Below, one piece after another: positions 53,605-64,000 of a DNA stretch of 64,000 nt. The stretch comes from Eledone cirrhosa (lineage: Eukaryota). A model generated the notes under the pieces. That model was not told where the DNA came from, made no database searches, and was given only the letters and a program-made list of their open reading frames with translations. Numbering within the stretch: the stretch's first letter is position 1; each line of letters starts with the position of its first letter. A program made the translations under genes and the position numbers. The stretch lies in assembly GCA_964016885.1 (NCBI GenBank), contig CAXHJY010001274.1, positions 62,001 through 126,000 on the forward strand, in the 5' to 3' direction.

Positions 53605-55019
53605 CCGTCTGCAAGTCCAGGTGGCAGGTTAGGTCACATAAATAAAGCAAATGAAACACAAACTCACAGTCTAAAACGTAATACAAATCCAAAATGGCTG
53701 CAACCGAAGTAACACACGTCTACTATCAATGATATATAGATAGATAGATAGATAGATTGACAGACAGACAAATAGACAGTCATAGAGACCGACACACAGA
53801 CAAACAGAGAGGCAGGCAGACATGCAGACAGACACAGATAGATAGAAAGATATATAGATAGAGAATTATTATGTGTAAGTTATATATTAGAGTACAAATT
53901 AGATGCTTGTATCACATAATGGAAGCAATATTTCATGAACTTGTACAATTTGTGATTTTTGCTTGTGAGCACGCATGTTTTCTTAATAAATAGAGATGTT
54001 TATAGGCAACAGACATGGGAACATACAGGGGAATGAATAAGATAAGTAAAATTAATTGGTTTTAAACCTGATATCAAAACATAGTCGTCATCTTACTTTT
54101 CCTGGAATATGCGTTACACATTGAAATTAAGGATTTATAGCATTGGCTCACGCAATAGACTCAGTTTTAGGGAAACCGACAAATGACTTAATCGGTCAAA
54201 AGATTTAACCAATCACTTACTTTATCCAGGAATGTTGGTCTTCCTAGTTCACTCTTGAACATATTTGACTTTGGTTGAACCACAAAATCTCCCATATCCA
54301 CTGGTGAGTGCTTTCTTTGTGTCCATTCACTTAATTCATCTCTTCCAAACAGAATCGCTTAAGTTGCTCTTAACGTCACACATAGCAACAATTGAACTAT
54401 ATATATATATAACTTGATTGTATTGACTTGTTTGTATTTTCGTTGTTGTAGTGGCTTTTGTGGTATTCTTTAGCAATTTGTCACAATTTTAACGTATATT
54501 TATTACTCTAAGATTTAACTTATCGATTTATCGATATCATCTTATTGAGGGCTTCGTGAAAGCTTCTGAGGATTGTTCTTTCGAGGGATGCTAGGCGTAG
54601 CTGAAACTTCGATTTTACTCACTATCATTGTTATATACATACACGTACATTTCTCTCTCTCTTAATGTATAAAAAAGACAGTCGTTTCCTCTACTTTAGG
54701 TTCTGAGGTAGACGTGTAAATGCCCTGAGGTCTTTTGTTTACAAACCGAAAAATAGATCGTGTTAAAACTTAACGTTCCCCGAAAATACCCGTACACGTC
54801 ACATCACAATAATAATTATAACTTTTTTTAACATAGGTCATGGCCAAATATTAAAAGATGGGTTTAGTCGATTTAAATCATTTCCACTTCTTCTCGACTG
54901 GTACATATTTTATCGACACCGAAATGATAAAAGGCACAGTTGACCTCGAATCGTAAAGAGCCGCAATAAATATCGCATACCATTTTTGTCAGACGTTCTA
55001 AAGATCAGGCCAATGCACC

Positions 55020-55050
<31 letters not shown>

Positions 55051-55747
55051 CCGTCGTCGCCGCCGTCGTCGTAGTAGTAGTGGTAGTGGTGGTGGTGGTG
55101 GTGGTGGTGGTGGTGGTGGTGGTGGTGGTGTTTGGTAGCAGTAGTGGTGATGGCGTTGGTGGTGGTGGCGGTGGGTTTAGTAGTAGTAGTGGTGGTGGTT
55201 GTGGTATTGGTGGTGGCGGCGGCGAGACGGCGGGGTTGAAGGTGAAGGTGGCGTAGATTATTTCATTAGTACATATTTATTAATAACGAAGCGATCGCTA
55301 ATATATCGTAATATATCGGTAATACGTCTTAATACATTATACAGAAACAACAAAACAACCTATATTAAAACAATATCAACTTATGGGTGAACAATTGAGG
55401 ACGGTCAACGTAATTTATGTTCTTCAGATCTTTGTAAGCTAATATAAAAATGGTTGTGCTCTCTATCAAAGAGAAATTAAGTTTTCTACCTTCACCCCAC
55501 TTCTACAAATTATAGCCATATTAACAATATTGACGTGATATTTCATCGCAAAATATCATCTATTAGTATATTTGTTATTTCCGATATTATTATATTAGGC
55601 GGTAACTTCGTGATCGAGTCTTCAATGAATATTTATATGTTATTGTGTAAGTATTATCATAAATATGTTATTATACAAGTACATATGTATGCATATATGC
55701 GTGTATATGTGTGTATATATATATGTACATACACATATATATGCATT

Positions 55748-55849
<102 letters not shown>

Positions 55850-55942
55850 CATATATACATATATACATACATATATATATATATAATTACATATATACAT
55901 ATATACATACATATATATATATATAATTACATATATACATAT

Positions 55943-56019
<77 letters not shown>

Positions 56020-56362
56020 CATATATACATATATACATACATATATGTATTTATATGTATATATATATACATATATACATATATACATATATACATACAT
56101 ATATGTATTTATATATATATATATATATGTGTGTGTATGTATATATATATATGTGTGTGTGTGTATATATATATACATACATATATGTATGTATGTCTGT
56201 GTGTATATATGTATATGCATATGTGTGCGTGTGTATACATATATATATATGCACATATATATATATACACACACACATATATATGTATTTATGTATATAT
56301 ATGCCTATACATATATATATATATATATATATATGCCTATATATATATATATATATGTGTGT

Positions 56363-56450
<88 letters not shown>

Positions 56451-57624
56451 ATATATATTTATATATGTATATACAGTGAAGATGCATGACTTGTCGGTTA
56501 GGGAGTTCGTCTCATGATCGCAGGATCGTTAGTTTGATTCCCCGCCGGAAAAATGTGTTGTAGTTGAAATTGAAAAGCCAGCCATGTCACACAGTCGCGC
56601 TGAATCTCCCTGAGAACTATGTTATTGGTAGACGTCTCTGTGGAAAGTTCACATACTTACACATTGATTTCATCAACAGGCTGTATTGTATAGCGATACG
56701 TTGAGATCGATAACTTTGCAAATTATGCTACAAATATCAAGGTAACCATATAAACAAAAAGCAGAAAGCAAGGAAATCAGAATGTTACTTTGAAAATAAT
56801 AGTGTTCCTTATATTTCGGGTAAAATATTCATTGATGAAGGACAATGAACTATCGGATCGGAGAATTAGACGTCTATTCCGTGATATTTTTCTGGTGTTG
56901 TTATGTCGATACTTTAGCTCCATTTGCATTGCAGTGGCTTTCTAAATCTAATTGTTCATATCCCACATTGTTTCAAGCAAATATAACATCCATTTATATG
57001 ATAATTTGTTTTTATTCCGTTGGTATTCTAATACGTTTTCTGTATATATTTCAACCTCCACGATGTTACCACTCTGCTAACTCGTGTGAAATTCATTGAA
57101 CAGTGGCCTACACATCTATAAACTAGTCACTTGTCTCTGATCTTTAACGACACAAATCAAATTAAGAGAACTATAAAATTCTTCAGAAACATTTTATTCC
57201 GAGAAAGTTCGATGTCTGTTATTTTGATTTTTCGACACTTTTATTCAGAAGAGTTTAGTTTAGAACACGTTTAGTCAATGAAACGTTGTTAATGCGTCAA
57301 AACATTAGAAGTACAGATCAATACGAGTGTTTTTATCTCGGCAAATATCTCGTTGATATATACGTATGTCACGTCTCATCTATGTGTTAGCTATCCAATC
57401 GGAGGACGACAGTAATCTGTGTGTACTTTTGTGTGAGACTCTATATGTGTGTATGTGTGTATGTGTGTATGTGTATGTATGTATGTGTGTGTGTGTGTGG
57501 TGATTCACTGCCCCAGACACTAACAGTATAAGACGACATAAATTAGGACTTATATAATAGTAATAGTAGTAACAGCAGCAGAATTAGCAGTAGTAGCTAG
57601 CTTGCTACTGCTATTTTACTGTTA

Positions 57625-57815
57625 CAGTGGTGAATTGTCAGAACCGTTTGGGAGCCAGACAAAATGCTTTGCTGTATTTACTTGCGCCCCTTTACGCTCT
57701 GAGTTCAAATCCGCCATGGTCAGCTTTGCCTTTCATTCTTCTGAGGTCGATAAAATAACTACCAATCGACTTTCTCCTTCCTATAACAACATTGTTGGAC
57801 TCATACCTACATCAA
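57625..57815 (+). mobile_element. SINE family 1, diverged
   Basis: gagttcaaatcc..ctttgcctttcatt..gaggtcgataaaataa. Confidence 0.65.
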
Positions 57816-58177
57816 AAAGCATTATTAAAAAATTGATTTAGATGGTGACGTACTAAATGCCGTTCTATTTCAATTTTGTTTTTTATATGTTAGTCTTTAG
57901 TTTCATAGTTGAGATTTTGAGACGACAATACTTAAATCATGGCATACACTATTATTGTATCCTGATCGAAATAAACTTACGCGACAACAATCATTAGACA
58001 TTCTTGTCTGGTTATATTGTTTTTGTTACTAATTGAATTTGTTTTTAAATAGCCTTCGTTTAACTTAAAGATCGTTTGTTTCGTTTCGTTTACATTCAGA
58101 ATTTCTTGATTTTCCCAAGTATTTATTTCTTTATTTACGTGTGTATATGTCGTATTTAAACAACATATTTTGTATGT

Positions 58178-58490
58178 GAATGTGAATGATTCAGTGGTTA
58201 AAACGTCGACTCAAAATCTCACGATTTTAAGTTCGATTCCCGGACAGGGCGATGCGTTGTGGTTTTTGAGCAAGGCACCTTATCTTACGTTGCTCCAGTT
58301 CACTCAGCCAGAAGAAATGTTTTGCGACGACGCTGATGTCTTTGCTTTTCCCTTGGACATCACCGTTGGCGTGGGGATGTGAGACTGGTGTGCGTGCGTG
58401 ATTATTGATCTTCCGTAAAACATCTTTCCCAGGTTTGTGCCTCACTGGAGAACCTTCCAGATGCAAATCCAGTCATTGAGCACCGAAGTT
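58178..58490 (+). mobile_element. SINE family 2 head with a different 3' tail
   Basis: tcagtggttaa..gttcgattccc..ttgagcaaggcacctta..cacgttgctccag-like core. A related diverged head lies at 56478-56690. Confidence 0.6.
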
Positions 58491-58664
58491 GAGGCATAAT
58501 ATTTTGTATATAATAATCACAATTGTTTATTATGAAATAATCATATGTACATATGATGCGATATTATCAAATATTCGTATAATATAAAGTTGTACCCGAG
58601 GCCGTTCCGATTTGCTTTGTTTGTATTCAAAACGTCATTCTACCCAGATTCGTTTATCCAGTAC

Positions 58665-60596
58665 GTGGCTCTCATTTACCTAGTTTAGTGGTTTCCAAAG
58701 TGAGTTCTGCGTGGATCTCATTTACCTAGTTTAGTGGTTTCCAAAGTGGGTTCCGAGTGGATCTCATTTACCTAGTTTAGTGGTTTCCAAAGTGGGTTCC
58801 GAGTGGATCTCATTTACCTAGTTTAGTGGTTTCCAAAGTGGGTTCCGAGTGGATCTCATTTACCTAGTTTAGTGGTTTCCAAAGTGGGTTCCGAGTGGAT
58901 CTCATTTACCTAGTTTAGTGGTTTCCAAAGTGGGTTCCGAGTGGATCTCATTTACCTAGTTTAGTGGTTTCCAAAGTGGGTTCCGAGTGGATCTCATTTA
59001 CCTAGTTTAGTGGTTTCCAAAGTGGGTTCCGAGTGGATCTCATTTACCTAGTTTAGTGGTTTCCAAAGTGGGTTCCGAGTGGATCTCATTTACCTAGTTT
59101 AGTGGTTTCCAAAGTGGGTTCTGCGTGGATCTCATTTACCTAGTTTAGTGGTTTCCAAAGTGGGTTCCGAGTGGATCTCATTTACCTAGTTTAGTGGTTT
59201 CCAAAGTGTGTTCTGCGTGGATCTCATTTACCTAGTTTAGTGGTTTCCAAAGTGGGTTCTGCGTGGATCTCATTTACCTAGTTTAGTGGTTTCCAAAGTG
59301 TGTTCTGCGTGGATCTCATTTACCTAGTTTAGTGGTTTCCAAAGTGGGTTCCGCGTGGATCTCATTTACCTAGTTTAGTGGTTTCCAAAGTGGGTTCCGT
59401 GTGGATCTCATTTACCTAGTTTAGTGGTTTCCAAAGTGGGTTCCGAGTGGATCTCATTTACCTAGTTTAGTGGTTTCCAAAGTGGGTTCTGCGTGGATCT
59501 CATTTACCTAGTTTAGTGGTTTCCAAAGTGGGTTCCGCGTGGATCTCATTTACCTAGTTTAGTGGTTTCCAAAGTGGGTTCCGAGTGGATCTCATTTACC
59601 TAGTTTAGTGGTTTCCAAAGTGGGTTCCGAGTGGATCTCATTTACCTAGTTTAGTGGTTTCCAAAGTGGGTTCTGCGTGGATCTCATTTACCTAGTTTAG
59701 TGGTTTCCAAAGTGGGTTCTGCGTGGATCTCATTTACCTAGTTTAGTGGTTTCCAAAGTGGGTTCTGCGTGGATCTCATTTACCTAGTTTAGTGGTTTCC
59801 AAAGTGGGTTCTGCGTGGATCTCATTTACCTAGTTTAGTGGTTTCCAAAGTGGGTTCTGCGTGGATCTCATTTACCTAGTTTAGTGGTTTCCAAAGTGGG
59901 TTCCGAGTGGATCTCATTTACCTAGTTTAGTGGTTTCCAAAGTGGGTTCCGAGTGGATCTCATTTACCTAGTTTAGTGGTTTCCAAAGTGGGTTCTGCGT
60001 GGATCTCATTTACCTAGTTTAGTGGTTTCCAAAGTGGGTTCTGCGTGGATCTCATTTACCTAGTTTAGTGGTTTCCAAAGTGGGTTCTGCGTGGATCTCA
60101 TTTACCTAGTTTAGTGGTTTCCAAAGTGGGTTCTGCATGGATCTCATTTACCTAGTTTAGTGGTTTCCAAAGTGGGTTCTGCGTGGATCTCATTTACCTA
60201 GTTTAGTGGTTTCCAAAGTGGGTTCTGCGTGGATCTCATTTACCTAGTTTAGTGGTTTCCAAAGTGGGTTCTGCGTGGATCTCATTTACCTAGTTTAGTG
60301 GTTTCCAAAGTGTGTTCTGCGTGGATCTCATTTACCTAGTTTAGTGGTTTCCAAAGTGGGTTCCGCGTGGATCTCATTTACCTAGTTTAGTGGTTTCCAA
60401 AGTGGGTTCTGCGTGGATCTCATTTACCTAGTTTAGTGGTTTCCAAAGTGGGTTCCGTGTGGATCTCATTTACCTAGTTTAGTGGTTTCCAAAGTGGGTT
60501 CCGAGTGGATCTCATTTACCTAGTTTAGTGGTTTCCAAAGTGGGTTCCGAGTGGATCTCATTTACCTAGTTTAGTGGTTTCCAAAGTGGGTTCCGC
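58665..60596. repeat. 46-bp minisatellite, ~42 copies
   Basis: Unit gtggatctcatttacctagtttagtggtttccaaagtgggtt(ccga/ctgc/ccgc). Confidence 0.97.
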
Positions 60597-60746
60597 AAAG
60601 GACTGTCTGAGATTCCATGAAAAGAGGTAGAGGAGTATATATATATATATATATTACGAACATATAACAGTATTAGACTTTGGGGTTGCCCCAAAAGTTT
60701 CTGAACCAAAACGGGTTCCGCGTTCGGAAAAGTTTGGGAAACATTG
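60572..60746. mobile_element. hAT (Charlie-like) MITE with 8-bp TSD ACCTAGTT
   Basis: Ends tagtggtttccaaa / tttgggaaacattg; gggttccgc subterminal motifs; ACCTAGTT at 60564-60571 and 60747-60754. Confidence 0.75.
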
Positions 60747-60789
60747 ACCTAGTTGTATGATATTTAAACAAGATCTTTTGTGTGGAATA

Positions 60790-60969
60790 ATGATTTCTAA
60801 TTTAGGCACAATACCAACAGTTTGTGGGTAAGGAAAGTCAATTACATCGTCGGCCCCAGTATGTGACTTGTACTTTATTTTATCGACCCAGGAATGATGA
60901 AAGGCAAAGTTGACTTCGGTGGGATATGAACTCAGAAAACGACACTCTAACGACTTTGCCAACCCACCA
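60790..60969 (-). mobile_element. SINE family 1, diverged
   Basis: tactttattttatcgacc..gatgaaaggcaaagttgac..gaactcag. Confidence 0.65.
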
Positions 60970-61377
60970 CTCTTTTGTGCGAAATAATTAAGTAGTGGGG
61001 CTGGCGTCAGCGATGGTAGTGGTGGTGGTGGCGGCGGTGGCGGCGGTGGTGACGACGATGATGATCATGGTGGAGGTGGTAAAAAAAAAAAAGAAGGAAG
61101 AACCATAGCAGGAGAGGGAGGAAGGACGGTAGAGGATAGATCGAAATTCTGGTCTGAAATTTTATGGAAAGAACGGTGCTTAAGTAGATATTAATTTGTC
61201 CTATATATGTATCATTCCATGTAACTGAATTTAACCGACTGTGAAACAATTATTTCATAAAAATAGTCCATCTTTCTCTCACATTCACTCATTGCCTCTC
61301 AGCTTCTTTTAGTGCTTCGTTGCTCTTCTATCATTTTTATATACTGACTGAAGCACAAAATTGAATACGCGTGCGTG

Positions 61378-61436
<59 letters not shown>

Positions 61437-61729
61437 GAAAGGTATAGAAAACACTGCAGCGAAAAGCGAACAGCATTTCATAATATATATGTGACTATAG
61501 CGTCAAAATGGGAAAAATAGTTAACGTAAGATGTGGGAAAAATAATTCAAACTCATCTCAAAGAGAATCAGGATATAAATTCATCCACAGAATTTAGTGA
61601 AATCCAGGGAAAAATCAATAGAGCCTTAACTCATGATAAAATAAAGTTTAAAACACTTATCCTTCAATTTGGAAAAACTTAAAATGCTCTGTAGTCTTAA
61701 AGACTATTTCATGAAAACTTTCAGTGATA

Positions 61730-61769
<40 letters not shown>

Positions 61770-61780
61770 TGTATATATAT

Positions 61781-61875
<95 letters not shown>

Positions 61876-61955
61876 TGTATATATATACTGTATATATATA
61901 TACTGTATATATATATACTGTATATATATTTATACTGTATATATATATATATATA

Positions 61956-61992
<37 letters not shown>

Positions 61993-62001
<9 letters not shown>

Positions 62002-64000
62002 GATCGAGTATCGAAAAATCGGCGCACGAGTTAACGAAAAACGAAATTCGATATGAGCGGCAGAGGGCTCAATAATTCAGATGAATCAGAGCTATAACTA
62101 TCGTTAAAATACCGTCACATATAGAACAAGTCTACAATCAACCATACGATTTAAAATCGATAAAGGAAGATTCGGGCCAAACAGATAAAAAATATCAATA
62201 AAACAATACGTCAATAATTTAAATGAATGTAAAATCATACCCGGACCCACTAGAAAGGTGTTAAATCTAGCTTCATGGGTTTCTGTAAATCCTTAGACAG
62301 TACTCTATCAGCTCACATATAAATATAAAAGCCTACTAGAATAAGTGGAACGGAGTTTACGTTGTCAACGAGTTTTATCCTGGCGGCAAAGGAGTCAACT
62401 AGCGGTGAAAAACGCACATGGCATTAGACAAGGGAGATGACCCCTATATCCGCGAAAATAATTCGAGTGAATGTGGAAATACACATATCGAATTAGAGTG
62501 CTCAATAGACATGTTAAAATAAAACAAAAGCTATTCATCACTCAATAGAATCGACAAAATATGAGCAATAAAATTAACTGGTGGATAGCTATGTCCAGAG
62601 CTAAATATATTAGAAAGATCGAGTATCGAAAAATCGGCGCACGAGTTAACGAAAAACGAAATTCGATATGAGCGGCAGAGGGCTCAATAATTCAGATGAA
62701 TCAGAGCTATAACTATCGTTAAAATACCGTCACATATAGAACAAGTCTACAATCAACCATACGATTTAAAATCGATAAAGGAAGATTCGGGCCAAACAGA
62801 TAAAAAATATCAATAAAACAATACGTCAATAATTTAAATGAATGTAAAATCATACCCGGACCCACTAGAAAGGTGTTAAATCTAGCTTCATGGGTTTCTG
62901 TAAATCCTTAGACAGTACTCTATCAGCTCACATATAAATATAAAAGCCTACTAGAATAAGTGGAACGGAGTTTACGTTGTCAACGAGTTTTATCCTGGCG
63001 GCAAAGGAGTCAACTAGCGGTGAAAAACGCACATGGCATTAGACAAGGGAGATGACCCCTATATCCGCGAAAATAATTCGAGTGAATGTGGAAATACACA
63101 TATCGAATTAGAGTGCTCAATAGACATGTTAAAATAAAACAAAAGCTATTCATCACTCAATAGAATCGACAAAATATGAGCAATAAAATTAACTGGTGGA
63201 TAGCTATGTCCAGAGCTAAATATATTAGAAAGATCGAGTATCGAAAAATCGGCGCACGAGTTAACGAAAAACGAAATTCGATATGAGCGGCAGAGGGCTC
63301 AATAATTCAGATGAATCAGAGCTATAACTATCGTTAAAATACCGTCACATATAGAACAAGTCTACAATCAACCATACGATTTAAAATCGATAAAGGAAGA
63401 TTCGGGCCAAACAGATAAAAAATATCAATAAAACAATACGTCAATAATTTAAATGAATGTAAAATCATACCCGGACCCACTAGAAAGGTGTTAAATCTAG
63501 CTTCATGGGTTTCTGTAAATCCTTAGACAGTACTCTATCAGCTCACATATAAATATAAAAGCCTACTAGAATAAGTGGAACGGAGTTTACGTTGTCAACG
63601 AGTTTTATCCTGGCGGCAAAGGAGTCAACTAGCGGTGAAAAACGCACATGGCATTAGACAAGGGAGATGACCCCTATATCCGCGAAAATAATTCGAGTGA
63701 ATGTGGAAATACACATATCGAATTAGAGTGCTCAATAGACATGTTAAAATAAAACAAAAGCTATTCATCACTCAATAGAATCGACAAAATATGAGCAATA
63801 AAATTAACTGGTGGATAGCTATGTCCAGAGCTAAATATATTAGAAAGATCGAGTATCGAAAAATCGGCGCACGAGTTAACGAAAAACGAAATTCGATATG
63901 AGCGGCAGAGGGCTCAATAATTCAGATGAATCAGAGCTATAACTATCGTTAAAATACCGTCACATATAGAACAAGTCTACAATCAACCATACGATTTAAA
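61993..64000. repeat. 615-bp tandem repeat, >3.2 near-identical copies, continues past the window end
   Basis: tagaaagatcgagtatcg recurs at 61996, 62611, 63226 and 63841. Confidence 0.96.

Larger units (their letters stand above)
48044..53730 (-). mobile_element. Near full-length, decayed Tx1-like element (second subfamily) in (GATA)n
   Basis: Fragmented ORF1 and ORF2 homologous to the copy at 31558-37346. AATAAA (minus strand) at 48052-48057 next to the GATA tract ending at 48043; GATA repeat resumes at 53737. Confidence 0.9.

Noticed and set aside
58665-60596. CRISPR-like regular repeat
   Set aside because: No unique spacers, no cas genes, and a eukaryotic context; it is a contiguous minisatellite.

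Overview
Eukaryotic (metazoan), microsatellite-saturated, AT-rich DNA with no recognisable host protein-coding gene. The SINE types and the (TA)n/(CA)n/(GATA)n density suggest a cephalopod such as Octopus, but this is inference. Almost all information-rich sequence is mobile DNA. (1) A Tx1/L1-type APE+RT non-LTR retrotransposon family is present as one apparently intact full-length copy (31558-37346, ORF1+ORF2), one decayed full-length copy of a different subfamily (48044-53730) and four 5'-truncated copies stacked head-to-tail (151-4143). Every copy sits inside a (GATA)n tract in the same orientation and lacks a poly(A) tail, indicating a (TATC)n-specific LINE. (2) There are Penelope-like fragments (GIY-YIG, IKxADKG), more than ten type-I hammerhead ribozyme motifs, and many (TA)n-embedded palindromic 'arm + short tail' inserts that look like products of one ribozyme-linked retro-mobilisation process. 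(3) The remainder comprises RTE fragments (one with a 5' inversion), two tRNA-derived SINE families, a hAT MITE whose left junction has been amplified into a 46-bp minisatellite, and a 615-bp tandem array running off the window end. Most ORFs in the supplied track are microsatellite or antisense artefacts.
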